64,000 nucleotides of DNA from an archaeon. GTDB lineage: Archaea > Nanobdellota > Nanobdellia > Pacearchaeales > GW2011-AR1. The DNA is taken from positions 27,082-91,081 of the forward strand of contig JAZDPV010000018.1 of the NCBI GenBank assembly GCA_043797265.1, written 5' to 3'. The notes beneath the pieces were generated by a model. That model had not been told where the DNA came from. It was given only the letters and a program-made list of their open reading frames with translations, and made no database searches. The position numbers and the translations under genes were made by a program. This document shows, one piece after another, positions 17,452-28,211 of this stretch (the first letter of the stretch is position 1; each line of letters begins with the position of its first letter).

Positions 17452-18558
17452 ATGAATTTGATTAAAATTTTTTTACAGTTTCCGTGGAGATATACTGATT
17501 CTTCTTATTATAAATATTTGAGGGAATTTCCACTAAAGAAAATTAGATATATTAATGAAAAAGATTTTAAATTTATTTTGAATAAGAATGAATTAAAAGT
17601 GAATAATTGGATAAAACAGTTAATAAAAAGATTAATTATAAAGTTTTGTTCGTCTATGTCGAATGCACATTATACGAGAATTAATAAAGAATACGATTTA
17701 ATTCATTGTGCTCATTGTATTAGTAAAAATAAAAGTCCATGGGTTTGCGATATAGAATTTGTTGGTCAGTTTTGGGCGTCCGGACTTTGTGGGAATTCTT
17801 CTTCTAAAAAGCATATTATAAAATATATAATGGGGCCTTATTGCAAAAAAATTCTTGCATGGTCTAAATGGACTAGGAATGGAATTTTAAAAGAGTTCCC
17901 TGAAATCGAATGCAAATTAGATATTCTTTATCCAGCTGTTCCTCTTCGGGAGATGAAAAAACGTTCTTATTTAAAAATAAATTTGCTTTTCATTGGAAGA
18001 AATTTTGAGTTAAAAGGTGGCGTGGTTGCATTGGATATTTTTGATAAATTGACAAAAAAATATGATAATGTTAGCGCTACAATAGTTTCTGATGTCTCTA
18101 ATGAAATTATTAAAAAATATGAATTAAATAAAAAGATTTTGTTTTGCGGGTTGATGCCCCATGAAAAACTTTTTAAAGAAATTTATCCCAGGGCAGATAT
18201 TTTTGTTTATCCTACTTTTTCTGATACTTTTGGATTTGCTATTTTGGAAGCTCAATCTTTTGGATTACCTGTTGTGGCAATGAAAACTCGATCGACTCAT
18301 ACTATTAAAGAAACAATTTCCGAGGGGAAAACTGGTTTTATTGTTGAGAATTTAGAAGCTGATGCGGTTAATAAAATTGCCTCTGAAGAAGTTAAAAATC
18401 AGATAACTGGGAAAATTGAGGGGTTAATTACTAATAAAAAAAAATTGGGTGATATGTCGAAAAATTGCGTAAGAGAAATTGGGAGTGGGAAGTTTTCTAT
18501 CAAAAAAAGGAATAAGAAATTAAAAAAGATTTATAGTGAGGCATTAAAATCTGAATAA
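17452..18558 (+). CDS. GT4 family glycosyltransferase
   Basis: LFIGR..KG, DIFVYPT.SDTFG..ILEAQSFGLPVV. Confidence 0.88.
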   Translation: MNLIKIFLQFPWRYTDSSYYKYLREFPLKKIRYINEKDFKFILNKNELKVNNWIKQLIKRLIIKFCSSMSNAHYTRINKEYDLIHCAHCISKNKSPWVCDIEFVGQFWASGLCGNSSSKKHIIKYIMGPYCKKILAWSKWTRNGILKEFPEIECKLDILYPAVPLREMKKRSYLKINLLFIGRNFELKGGVVALDIFDKLTKKYDNVSATIVSDVSNEIIKKYELNKKILFCGLMPHEKLFKEIYPRADIFVYPTFSDTFGFAILEAQSFGLPVVAMKTRSTHTIKETISEGKTGFIVENLEADAVNKIASEEVKNQITGKIEGLITNKKKLGDMSKNCVREIGSGKFSIKKRNKKLKKIYSEALKSE

Positions 18559-18619
18559 ATTTATCTTATAGGCATATTTTGAACTGATAACTATATAAAA
18601 TCATTTTAAATATATTGAC

Positions 18620-19549
18620 ATGGAACAATTTCGAACTCCCATTCTTTATTTGGCTTTTAATCGTTTAGATGTAGTTAAAAAAACATTTCCGATAATTGTG
18701 AGACAAAGGCCAAAGAAGTTATTTGTAGCAGTTGATGGGCCTAGAACAAAAGAAGAAAAAAAGAAAACAGATGCTGTGAGAAAATATATTTTAGATAGCA
18801 TAGACTGGAAATGCGAGATGAAAACCAGATTTTTGAATAAAAATTTAGGATGCAAAAATGCAGTTTCTTTAGCAGTAGATTGGTTTTTTAAGAATGTAAA
18901 AAGGGGAATAATTTTAGAGGATGATTGTGCGCCAAGTGAAAGTTTTTTTAAATTTTCTGAAGAAATGTTGAATAGGTATGAAAAAAGTTCAAGGGTATTT
19001 AGTATAAATGGGTATAATTTTTTAAAGAAATTAGATATTAAAGAATCTTATTATTTCTCAAAATATTATGGATGTTGGGGATGGTCAACCTGGAGAGATA
19101 GATGGTTTGCTCAAGATAAAACATTAAATGATTATATAAATGATGTAAAAACTGGTAAATTTAAAAAAATATTTAAAAACCCAATTGAAAGAATTTGGGC
19201 GAAGAGTGGATTTCAAGATGCTTTATTGGGCAGGGTTAGTGCATGGGATTATTCCTTTGGATATTGGCATTTTAAAAATAATGGGTTATGTATAAAACCA
19301 AAGATAAATCTTCTAGAAAACATAGGATTTATGAAGGATTCAACACATACTTCAGGAAATTTTATAGATAACAAGTTTTATTGCTTTAGAAAATATGAGT
19401 TAAAATTTCCCTTAATACATCCAAAAGAAATAAAAGTAAATTCGAGTGATTCAAGAAGGTTTTTTTTAAAAATTTTATTAAGGGTGTTTCTAAAAAAAAT
19501 ATTTTTTTATAGGCGACTTGGGAATTGGGTTATATTTAAAAAATTATAG
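18620..19549 (+). CDS. GT-A nucleotide-diphospho-sugar transferase
   Basis: PILYLAFNR, AVDGPR, GIILEDDC, WGWSTW, NIGF. Confidence 0.8.
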   Translation: MEQFRTPILYLAFNRLDVVKKTFPIIVRQRPKKLFVAVDGPRTKEEKKKTDAVRKYILDSIDWKCEMKTRFLNKNLGCKNAVSLAVDWFFKNVKRGIILEDDCAPSESFFKFSEEMLNRYEKSSRVFSINGYNFLKKLDIKESYYFSKYYGCWGWSTWRDRWFAQDKTLNDYINDVKTGKFKKIFKNPIERIWAKSGFQDALLGRVSAWDYSFGYWHFKNNGLCIKPKINLLENIGFMKDSTHTSGNFIDNKFYCFRKYELKFPLIHPKEIKVNSSDSRRFFLKILLRVFLKKIFFYRRLGNWVIFKKL

Positions 19550-19555
19550 TTTGCA

Positions 19556-20326
19556 TTATTTTTTTATCATTATGCCTATGTGATCGTTATTTGTTATAGT
19601 TCCTTTTTCGGGCTTATCTTTCAAGAAATTTGTGCATGCCTTCTCTACCCCGGGTAAAAATTTCCATTGATAATCGTGAATTGCAATCCTGGAATTTGTA
19701 ACCATTTTGGGATAAACCTTATTAAAGCTATCAAGGATTGAGGTATAAAAATCACCATCAAAAAATGCAAAAGCTATTTTCTCAGGATATTCTTCATTGG
19801 GTATTTCTCCAAACCATCCCGTATGGATTTTAGGCAATTTTAATTTTGCAAGTTTGAAATTATTAATGAGAACTTCTTTTTCTTTTTTACAAGATCCCTT
19901 TTCATATTGATATTCGGTATTACTTTTATCTTTATTATCTTTTTCTGGCAATCCCTCAAAAGAATCATAAACATGGAATTTTTTATTGGTCCTATAATAA
20001 TCAAGCAATTTTTGAATAAATAAAGAAGTTGTTCCGGCATTACAACCCAATTCGACGATATCTCCTTCGACATTGTCATCTAGTACTTTTTTTAAATTAG
20101 TTAAAATAATTCTCATATGGTTCTCTGAAACCATTCCTGAAAGAATCATTGGATAATCCAGTAGTAGTTTTTCGATAATATTTTTATTTTTTGTAATTCT
20201 AAAAATTATCCTTTTAGGGGTTTTTTCGATTTTTTTTAATTTTAAATAACCATATGTATAAGTTGCCCTAGTAATTCTAAAAATTTTTGGGTATTGTTTT
20301 AAGAATGTGATATATTTTTGATTCAT
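19556..20326 (-). CDS. TylF/MycF family O-methyltransferase
   Basis: EGDIVELGC, YDSFEGLP, GWF, DGDFY, HDY. Confidence 0.88.
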   Translation of the reverse strand: MNQKYITFLKQYPKIFRITRATYTYGYLKLKKIEKTPKRIIFRITKNKNIIEKLLLDYPMILSGMVSENHMRIILTNLKKVLDDNVEGDIVELGCNAGTTSLFIQKLLDYYRTNKKFHVYDSFEGLPEKDNKDKSNTEYQYEKGSCKKEKEVLINNFKLAKLKLPKIHTGWFGEIPNEEYPEKIAFAFFDGDFYTSILDSFNKVYPKMVTNSRIAIHDYQWKFLPGVEKACTNFLKDKPEKGTITNNDHIGIMIKK

Positions 20327-20480
20327 TATGATTTATATTCTTAGTTATTTATAAGCATATTGCTTAATTAAATATTTTTATTAAATCAATTAAGGTGATA
20401 GAAAAGTTTTATAAAAAGGGGTGATGTTGGTTCGCAATGGGGAAGCTGTTTAAAAATATAAAGAGGGGGATTGTAATTGG

Positions 20481-21416
20481 ATGAAAATTAAACAATTACA
20501 ATTTATAATTAAAAATAAAGAATTGACTCTTCATGGGTTTGAAGTAGAAAATCTTTTTAGAACATTAAAATTCAATTATATCAAAGCAATTTTTAATGAT
20601 AAATGGAGTTGTTTAAATAAAAATAAAATGATAAAGATTTTATTAATTGCATTTACAAGAAAGTTATTTGGAAAACGAGGAATAACCCCCGAAATGCAAC
20701 GCGAAATTATGCCATATATAGCAAATATTGTAGATAAAGATATTCTTTTTATTAAGGTGATTTTTGATAATAATAAAAATTTGGTTTTTGATACACTGGA
20801 TATAAACACAATTGATATATTGTACGATATAAATGATATTATTTATAAAAACCAATATAATATTTCGAAAGAGAATATGAAGGATAAGGTTGTAGTTGAT
20901 TGTGGGGCAAACAAAGGAGTATTTAGTTTGTTTGCTGTTTTTCTCGGTGCTAAGAGGGTGTATTCTTTTGAACCAGTTAGTTTGTCTTATGCAAATATGG
21001 GAAAATCGATTAATTTAAATAAAGCAGAAGAAAAGATTTTTACATTTAAAAAAGCATTAGGAGAAAATAAATATAAAGATATTGTTTCATTTAGATATAC
21101 TGGAGATGGCGGGGGACGGATCGACAATGAATTTCAATCTAAAAAGGATTGGAAAAATGAACCAGTAGAAGTTATAAGATTAGATGATTGTAAGTTGGGA
21201 AAAATTGATTTTATAAAAATAGATACGGAAGGATTTGAAGCCAATGTTTTAAGGGGAGCAATGAAAAAAATAAAAAAATACAAGCCGATTCTTTCTTTTA
21301 GTGCATATCATAAACCAGAAGATAAAAAAGAATTACCTGAATTGGTAAATAGTATTAGACTAGATTATAAAATTGAATTAAATAAATTTTCTGAAGAAGT
21401 TTTTTATTGCTCGTAA
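20481..21416 (+). CDS. FkbM family methyltransferase
   Basis: VVDCGANKG.FS, SFEP, FIKIDTEGFE..VLRG. Confidence 0.88.
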   Translation: MKIKQLQFIIKNKELTLHGFEVENLFRTLKFNYIKAIFNDKWSCLNKNKMIKILLIAFTRKLFGKRGITPEMQREIMPYIANIVDKDILFIKVIFDNNKNLVFDTLDINTIDILYDINDIIYKNQYNISKENMKDKVVVDCGANKGVFSLFAVFLGAKRVYSFEPVSLSYANMGKSINLNKAEEKIFTFKKALGENKYKDIVSFRYTGDGGGRIDNEFQSKKDWKNEPVEVIRLDDCKLGKIDFIKIDTEGFEANVLRGAMKKIKKYKPILSFSAYHKPEDKKELPELVNSIRLDYKIELNKFSEEVFYCS

Positions 21417-21439
21417 AAATTAGTTTTGGAAAATATATA

Positions 21440-22048
21440 TTAGAGATGGTTTGTTTTGTCTAATAATTTTTCAGGGGTTTGAGTTAAAAATGATACATTC
21501 CTTTTTATTTTGTTTATATTCCAATTCCACCATTTGAGTTTGAGTAATTTTTTGATTGTTTTTTCATCAAATCTTTTTCTGATTGTTTGACATGGGCTCC
21601 CTATTACAATTGAATAAGGTTCGACGGATTTGGCTACGACCGCCCCTGCTCCTATTATTGCTCCGTCTTTTATCTCTACTCCGGATAAAATCGTTGCATC
21701 TTGACCAATCCACACATCATTTCCGATTGTGACATTTCCTTTGGAAAATTCTGTCTGGACATCTCCCCAATTAAGTCTTTCTTTAAATGGATAAGTGGAA
21801 ATTTTATTTGTTTTATGTTCTCCTCCGAGAAATATTTTAACTCCTTCTGCAATAGAACAAAATTTTCCAATTTTGAGATTATTGGTTGAATTATATTTTA
21901 ATATTCTCGGTGTCCCATAGGTGAATTCTCCAATATTATATTTGCTAAATAAGGGATCATCTTTGGTTTGTAATAGCGGGTTGAAAAATCTTTTAATTTT
22001 CGATATTAATATTATGATTTTTGTATTAATTTTTTTTATAGGTCCCAT
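21440..22048 (-). CDS. CatB/Vat-related hexapeptide O-acetyltransferase
   Basis: IGKFCSIA, STYPF, IGNDVWIG, WWNW. Confidence 0.9.
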   Translation of the reverse strand: MGPIKKINTKIIILISKIKRFFNPLLQTKDDPLFSKYNIGEFTYGTPRILKYNSTNNLKIGKFCSIAEGVKIFLGGEHKTNKISTYPFKERLNWGDVQTEFSKGNVTIGNDVWIGQDATILSGVEIKDGAIIGAGAVVAKSVEPYSIVIGSPCQTIRKRFDEKTIKKLLKLKWWNWNINKIKRNVSFLTQTPEKLLDKTNHL

Positions 22049-22159
22049 ACTTTTTATTATACAGGGGGATATATAAATTTTTATATTGGAAGAGTTTATT
22101 AGATTAATTTTTTGAGTTTTTATAGTAAAATATATAAGAAAGATTATTTTCTATTGTTT

Positions 22160-23092
22160 ATGAAAAATAAAGTTTCAGTAATAATATTAAATTGGAATGG
22201 AAGCAAAGATACATTGGAGTGTTTAGATAGTTTGTTTAAATCGGATTTTTTGGATTATGAGGTAGTGTTAGTAGATAATGCTTCTTCTGATAAATCGGTT
22301 GAAGAATTTGAAAAAATAAAAAATAAGCGAGTAAGATTAATTTTTAATGAAAAAAATCTTGGATTTGCTTTAGGATTTAACAAAGCGGTCAAGAGTATTT
22401 TAAATAAAGAATCAAAATATGTAATGATATTAAATAGTGATGTGATTGTTGATAAATTTTTTTTGGGAAGATTAGTGGGGCTAATGGATAAAAATGATGA
22501 TGTTGCGATTGCGTCGCCGGTGGTTTATGATTATTATAATAAGAAAGAGTTGAGTAAAATGGATTTTCCAGGAAGATTTAATTTAAAAAATGGCGGAGGG
22601 GAGCCATGGTTTAAGGATGCTGATGAAATAAGGAAAATAAAAAATTCTTTTAAAGTTGATTATGGGTGTGGTTCCTGTTGGATAATAAGAAAAAAAATCG
22701 TGAAAGATGTTGGATTTTTTAATGAGAAATTTTTTGCTTATGCGGAAGAAATTGATATGGCAATGAGATTGAAAAAGAGTGGATATAATTTTTATATTAA
22801 TCCGAATTCTAAGATTTGGCACAAAGTTGGATCAGCGTCGGGTAAAATTTTGGGGTTTAGACTTTATTACTCAATAAGGAATATGATTTGGATAGAGAGG
22901 ATTCATGCGACGAGAAAAGAGTTTTTGTTTTTTGTTTTGAATTTTTGTTTTAAAAAATTTCCAAAAAATGTTTATAATATATTGACGCAAAAAAACAAGT
23001 TAGTGAATTTATTTAAATTTACAAAAGCGATAATTGATGGATTTTTTAAGAAGAAAGAGAAATTTTGTTCTAGTAAATTTTATATGATTTAA
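22160..23092 (+). CDS. GT2 family glycosyltransferase
   Basis: IILNWNG, VDNAS, LNSD, FFAYAEEID. Confidence 0.9.
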   Translation: MKNKVSVIILNWNGSKDTLECLDSLFKSDFLDYEVVLVDNASSDKSVEEFEKIKNKRVRLIFNEKNLGFALGFNKAVKSILNKESKYVMILNSDVIVDKFFLGRLVGLMDKNDDVAIASPVVYDYYNKKELSKMDFPGRFNLKNGGGEPWFKDADEIRKIKNSFKVDYGCGSCWIIRKKIVKDVGFFNEKFFAYAEEIDMAMRLKKSGYNFYINPNSKIWHKVGSASGKILGFRLYYSIRNMIWIERIHATRKEFLFFVLNFCFKKFPKNVYNILTQKNKLVNLFKFTKAIIDGFFKKKEKFCSSKFYMI

Positions 23093-23126
23093 TAAGTTTT
23101 ATTAAGGATATTTTTATATTTTCAGT

Positions 23127-23954
23127 ATGAAAAACAAGATAAAGGTTTTTAAGAAAAAGGCAGACGAGTTGTCTAATTTGGAGGATAAACAAGAGAAAAA
23201 TCGTTTGTGGTGGGAGTCTTTGCCCATGACTTATCAAGACTGGGGTAGTAAGGAGAGAATTCCGAAGACGAAAGGAGATTTTTTAATAGCGGAGAAGGAG
23301 CTATTGAATAGTAAATTTTTAAGTGAGTTTGATTTTGGAAAATTTTCAGGAAAGTCAGTTTTGGAGATAGGTTGTGGGGTAGGCGCAGCGAGTTGTTTGT
23401 TCGCAAGAAATGGAGCTAATGTGACGGCTTTAGACATAACTAAACAGGCGATGGAAATCACAAGGGCGAACGCCAAAATTCAGGGTGTAAAAATTAAGAT
23501 GTTAAACCAAGATGTGGAGAAAATGACATTAGAAAATAAAGATTTTGATTTTATTTTTTCTTGGGGTGCGTTGCATCATTCGAAGAATACAATTAAGGCT
23601 TTTGAAAATGTTGCAAGGATCCTTAAAAAAGGGGGTAGGGGTTTGATAATGGTATATAATAAAAATAGCGCAAGATATTATATCAATGGATTGAATTGGC
23701 TTTTTCTTAAGGGGAAATTGTTTAGGGGGTATAATTTGGAAACTGTTCAGGATTTTTATACTGATGGATATTATCATAGACATTTTACCCTAAGAGAATT
23801 GAGGGAAGAACTTGAGAAATTTGGGCTTAAGTGTAATAAAATAAGTATAACTCATATGGGTTACAAAATGTTGCCGTTCGTTCCGAGGAGAATTGAGCAA
23901 TGGGTAAAGGATAATTATGGTTGGTTGTTGGTTGCGGAATTTGAAAAAAGATAA
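23127..23954 (+). CDS. Class I SAM-dependent methyltransferase
   Basis: VLEIGCGVG, FDFIFSWGALHH, RILKKGG. Confidence 0.88.
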   Translation: MKNKIKVFKKKADELSNLEDKQEKNRLWWESLPMTYQDWGSKERIPKTKGDFLIAEKELLNSKFLSEFDFGKFSGKSVLEIGCGVGAASCLFARNGANVTALDITKQAMEITRANAKIQGVKIKMLNQDVEKMTLENKDFDFIFSWGALHHSKNTIKAFENVARILKKGGRGLIMVYNKNSARYYINGLNWLFLKGKLFRGYNLETVQDFYTDGYYHRHFTLRELREELEKFGLKCNKISITHMGYKMLPFVPRRIEQWVKDNYGWLLVAEFEKR

Positions 23955-23992
23955 ACATGTAATTTTAAAAACTCTATTATCCCTATTTTTTT

Positions 23993-25798
23993 ATGTGCGG
24001 AATAAATGGATTTAATTTTGTAAATAAAACAATTTTAAAAGAAATGAATGATTCTCTTTTTCATAGGGGCCCGGATGCTTCGGGAGAATTTTTAGATGTG
24101 AAGTTGAAGTTGTCTTTGGGGCAACGTCGTCTTTCTGTAATTGACATTTCAGAGAAAGGTGCTCAGCCGATGACTTATTCTCATAAAAAAAGGAGTGCGA
24201 CAATAACGTTTAATGGAGAAATTTACAATTTTCAAGAGATAAAAAAGGGATTAGTTGGGAAGGGATATAAATTCAGGTCGGCTTCAGATACAGAAGTTAT
24301 TCTTGCTTCATATTTAGAATGGGGGAAGGATTGTGTTAAAAAATTTAATGGTATGTGGGCATTTTGTATATATGATTCACAAAAGAAAATTCTTTTTCTT
24401 TCAAGGGATAGGGTTGGGGAAAAACCTCTTTATTATTATTTTGATAGGGGAAAATTTATTTTTTCGTCGGAGATTAAGGGAATATTAAAACATGATATAT
24501 CCCAAAAGTTGAATGAGGATGCTATTGATTTGTATTTTTCGTTGGGTTTTATTCCTGCGCCATATTCAATTTATAAAAAGATTCAAAAATTAGAACAAAG
24601 GCAATCTTTAATTTTTGATTTAGATAAAAAAGAAATTAAAAAAGAGTACTATTATGATTGGCCGGATTTTAATCCGATAAAGGATAAATTAAAATTGAAA
24701 AAGGATTTTAATGATTTGATGATGAATTCTGTGAAGATGAGAATGATTTCAGATGTGCCACTGGGGGCTTTTCTTTCAGGGGGATTAGATTCGTCAACCA
24801 TCGTAAATTACGCAAAAAAGTTTAATCAAAATATAAATACGTATTCAATAGGATTTGAGGGTTGTTTAGATGAGACACCGAGAATAGATATTTTGAAAAA
24901 ACATTTTGGGACGAGGCATCATCATAAATACTTTAAAGAAAGAGATTTCCGGGAAATGCTTAAGGATATTTTTTGTTATTATGATGAGCCCCTCGCTGAT
25001 TATTCGATGTTTCCGACGAGAATGCTTTCGAAATTTGCAAGGGAAAGATTGACTGTTTCTTTAAGCGGTGACGGAGGGGATGAAATCTTTGGAGGATATC
25101 CGAGATACAAGATGGCTTATCGAATGGAAATTTTGAGAAAAATACCTTATGTTATTAGAAAGATGTTGATGTGTTTGCCATTTGATAAATTAAAAGAAGG
25201 GCTAAGATTAAGTTTTCTTCCGAGAGAAACCTTTTATTCAGAAGCTAGAAAAAATTATTATAAACCAAAAATAACAAAAGATATTTTATCAAGTAAATTA
25301 AAAGGGTGCCTACGAAGAGCTAATGGGAATTTGGTGGAAGCTATTCGCCTAATGGATATAGAATTTTATACGTTACCAGATAATTTTTTGATGAAAGTAG
25401 ATAGGGCATCAATGATTAATTCCCTGGAAGTTCGTTGTCCTTTTTTGGATTATAGGTTGATTGAATATTCAATGAGATTGCCGACGAGATATAAAGTTTC
25501 TTTGTTTGGGGAAAAGACATTTTTTAAAGAAATAATATCTGGGTTTTTGCCTAAGACAATAATAAAGAAAAAGAAAATGGGGTTTACTCCGCCGATTGGG
25601 GAATGGATGCAAAAAGATAATTATAAAAAAAAACTGAGTGCGATGCTGGGCAATCTCTATAAAAAGAAAATTATTTCTAAGCAGTGGTTCGATTTTTATA
25701 AAAAAGAAATTTTTTCGTGTAATTTGATGGTTCCAAATAATTATAAAATAAGATTATTTTTGTTTTATAGATGGTGCAAATATTGGAAGGTTATTTGA
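23993..25798 (+). CDS. asnB: Asparagine synthase-like glutamine amidotransferase (probably glycan amidation)
   Basis: MCGI, HRGPD, FNGEIYNF, LSGGLDSS, SGDGGDE, KVDRASM. Confidence 0.93.
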   Translation: MCGINGFNFVNKTILKEMNDSLFHRGPDASGEFLDVKLKLSLGQRRLSVIDISEKGAQPMTYSHKKRSATITFNGEIYNFQEIKKGLVGKGYKFRSASDTEVILASYLEWGKDCVKKFNGMWAFCIYDSQKKILFLSRDRVGEKPLYYYFDRGKFIFSSEIKGILKHDISQKLNEDAIDLYFSLGFIPAPYSIYKKIQKLEQRQSLIFDLDKKEIKKEYYYDWPDFNPIKDKLKLKKDFNDLMMNSVKMRMISDVPLGAFLSGGLDSSTIVNYAKKFNQNINTYSIGFEGCLDETPRIDILKKHFGTRHHHKYFKERDFREMLKDIFCYYDEPLADYSMFPTRMLSKFARERLTVSLSGDGGDEIFGGYPRYKMAYRMEILRKIPYVIRKMLMCLPFDKLKEGLRLSFLPRETFYSEARKNYYKPKITKDILSSKLKGCLRRANGNLVEAIRLMDIEFYTLPDNFLMKVDRASMINSLEVRCPFLDYRLIEYSMRLPTRYKVSLFGEKTFFKEIISGFLPKTIIKKKKMGFTPPIGEWMQKDNYKKKLSAMLGNLYKKKIISKQWFDFYKKEIFSCNLMVPNNYKIRLFLFYRWCKYWKVI

Positions 25799-26882
25799 AA
25801 AATTTGAAAAATTTCTTCTCATATTTTTTTATCTCAAACTCTTTTAGAAATTTTCTTCTTCCTGTTATGCCCATTTTTTCCCAGTTTTTATGTTCTAAGA
25901 TTTTTTTTACGATTTCTTCACTGGTATTTTCATTTAATAAAAATCCCGTTCTCCCCTCATTGATGATTGAAGGAATTGCTCCTTCTTTGTTTGCAATTAT
26001 TGGGACTCCAAACATATAGGCTTCAATTAATACTTTCCCGAAAGTGTCCATCCCTGTTGGAAGAACTAAGCAATTTGCTTTTTCTAAGAATTTGTTTTTT
26101 TCTTTGCCTGTTTTTTTACCATGCGCGAATACCCCTTTTTTTAATTCATTTCTCTTTACAAAATCGGTAAAATATTCCTCATCGTTTTTATTTAGCCAAC
26201 CTCCAACAAAATCACATCTAAAATTAAACTTTTTCTTATTTAAAATTTCACAAGCATCTAATAGATTCATCCATCCCTTGGTTTTATCCATATTTGACAA
26301 AAATAAAATATTAAACTGCTTATTTTTCTTTCTCTTTAAAAGAATATTTTTTAACTCATTGTTAGAAACTTCATTTTTTACAGCATTGGGTAAAACTCTT
26401 ATATCTTTCCTTAGAATAATTCCTCGAAGATCGTTAATTAATTCTTTTCCCAAAACAATAGCCTTATTCTCCCTATAGATGTCTTTTAATAGTTTCCTTC
26501 CAATAACACTTTTCCAGGTTTTTTTTAAAATTCTACTTCTAATATGGAATAAGATTTTTCCCTTCCGATGTTTCTTAATTTCACGGACAAACAACCAATC
26601 CCGGATTAATCCAAAAGAATAAGTGGCGGGAACAAAATAGATAAAATCTGGTTTAAATTCTTTGATTATTTTTTTAATTTGTTTTTTGACATAAAATATT
26701 CCTTTAATTTTTTGCGAATTAATTTTTCCTACATCTGCTATATCTTTGGAATAATTTAATTTAATGTTTTTAACTTGGAATTTGTCGGATTCCTTTAAAA
26801 TATTTAGACACATTTTGCTGGATACTGCGCTTCCGTAATGCGGTGGAGGAAGGGGGCTTAAAAATAAAATTTTCTTTTTCAT
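25791..26882 (-). CDS. GT4 family glycosyltransferase
   Basis: PLPPP, LFLSN..KG, DTFGKVLIEA..GVP. Confidence 0.88.
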   Translation of the reverse strand: MKKKILFLSPLPPPHYGSAVSSKMCLNILKESDKFQVKNIKLNYSKDIADVGKINSQKIKGIFYVKKQIKKIIKEFKPDFIYFVPATYSFGLIRDWLFVREIKKHRKGKILFHIRSRILKKTWKSVIGRKLLKDIYRENKAIVLGKELINDLRGIILRKDIRVLPNAVKNEVSNNELKNILLKRKKNKQFNILFLSNMDKTKGWMNLLDACEILNKKKFNFRCDFVGGWLNKNDEEYFTDFVKRNELKKGVFAHGKKTGKEKNKFLEKANCLVLPTGMDTFGKVLIEAYMFGVPIIANKEGAIPSIINEGRTGFLLNENTSEEIVKKILEHKNWEKMGITGRRKFLKEFEIKKYEKKFFKFFK

Positions 26883-26932
26883 ATATTTTGATGAATAGAA
26901 ATGATTTTAAATAGTATTGTGTCTTTGATTTG

Positions 26933-28189
26933 ATGATATTGTATTTTGATAATTTGATAACGAATATTCCCTTAAACCCTGGAATATACACCGACCTTGA
27001 TGCGATAAGGGATTCCTGCAAATCTTATTCAACAAGAGATAGATATGATGTTACTCTGTACACTTTGGCAAGTTATGCAGAAATAGATTGGGAGGAGGTG
27101 GTGATTGTGTATGAGTTTGGAAAGGATATGGTTGAAAGAAAAAAAGAATTTGAAAAGTTTGTTAAGGCTTTTTGGCCAAAGGCTTATTTGTTTTATGGGA
27201 GAAGTGATAATCAAAAAAAATTTCAGGAGAGGTTGAGATTTATTAATAAATTAAAGGGTGATTGGATTTTTTACGCTGGGAATAATGATCATCCTTTTGT
27301 TGCTCCAAATAAAAATCTTTTAAATTCTTGTTTAATAAAAGCAAAGTTACTAGCTAAAAAAAACAAGTATGTTTCCATTAGTTTTTCTCATTTTTGGGAG
27401 ACGTACCATATGTCGAAAAAGGGTTCTGCTTATCGTGATTATATGTCTTTGCGTCCAAAAATACTGGAAGAAAATGATGACTATTTTATTTGTTTATTTT
27501 ATGAAATATGGGGACATTCTATGCAAATTTTTAATAAAAAATTAATGAATTATATGTTGTTTTCTGAAGATTTGGGGGATGGTGTCTTTAAAAAAATAGA
27601 AGAAATTACATGGCACGAAAAAATGAAAAATAAAAAGATAAATCAAATTTCAGTGATACCGAAAGATGTTCTTTGCGATCACTTTGATGGTTATGGTCAT
27701 ACAAAAAATTCTCTTTTCCCTGTTCCAACGGATATATTTCCTCCTCTATTTATTCCTAGTGGATTTTTTGAAAATAAAATAAAAATTCGTTATGGGTATA
27801 ATGATTATAAGGAGGGATGGGTTAATGTTAATCCCCTAATTAGAAAATATAAATTTCAAGATAAGAATGGGATTGATTTGAAAATTTCGATTGATGAAAT
27901 CCCCCTATTCTGGGAAAAGAGAATTAAAAAGGTAGACGTTAATCCGAATTTAAATGAAAAACTTGTCAATAAAAAAAGAGGGGAGATAAAAAGAAAAATG
28001 AGAGATTCGTATGGGCCAATTAAAAAAAGGAGTTGTAGATATCGCTTAAAGTATAAAATTATTTCTGGTAATTACTTACCTTATTGCGTAGTGGCCCTTT
28101 TGAGAAAAAATTGGTTAATAAAAAAAGTGCGTCGAAGATTTTTTGCCAAGGTAAAAAAAGAGCTTGAAAATAATATGAAAAGTTTTTAA
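26933..28189 (+). CDS. Hypothetical protein, possibly divergent GT-A fold
   Basis: Long ORF in glycosylation island; WIFYAGNNDHPF and CDHFDGY motifs; no confident family. Confidence 0.55.
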   Translation: MILYFDNLITNIPLNPGIYTDLDAIRDSCKSYSTRDRYDVTLYTLASYAEIDWEEVVIVYEFGKDMVERKKEFEKFVKAFWPKAYLFYGRSDNQKKFQERLRFINKLKGDWIFYAGNNDHPFVAPNKNLLNSCLIKAKLLAKKNKYVSISFSHFWETYHMSKKGSAYRDYMSLRPKILEENDDYFICLFYEIWGHSMQIFNKKLMNYMLFSEDLGDGVFKKIEEITWHEKMKNKKINQISVIPKDVLCDHFDGYGHTKNSLFPVPTDIFPPLFIPSGFFENKIKIRYGYNDYKEGWVNVNPLIRKYKFQDKNGIDLKISIDEIPLFWEKRIKKVDVNPNLNEKLVNKKRGEIKRKMRDSYGPIKKRSCRYRLKYKIISGNYLPYCVVALLRKNWLIKKVRRRFFAKVKKELENNMKSF

Positions 28190-28211
28190 AAATTGTTTGA
28201 TATTTATCAAA

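Noticed and set aside
20437-20484. 15-aa upstream ORF overlapping the FkbM start (ATGA)
   Set aside because: Not between coupled genes and has no hairpin or repeat; may be chance or a frameshifted N-terminus, so not counted as a bridge
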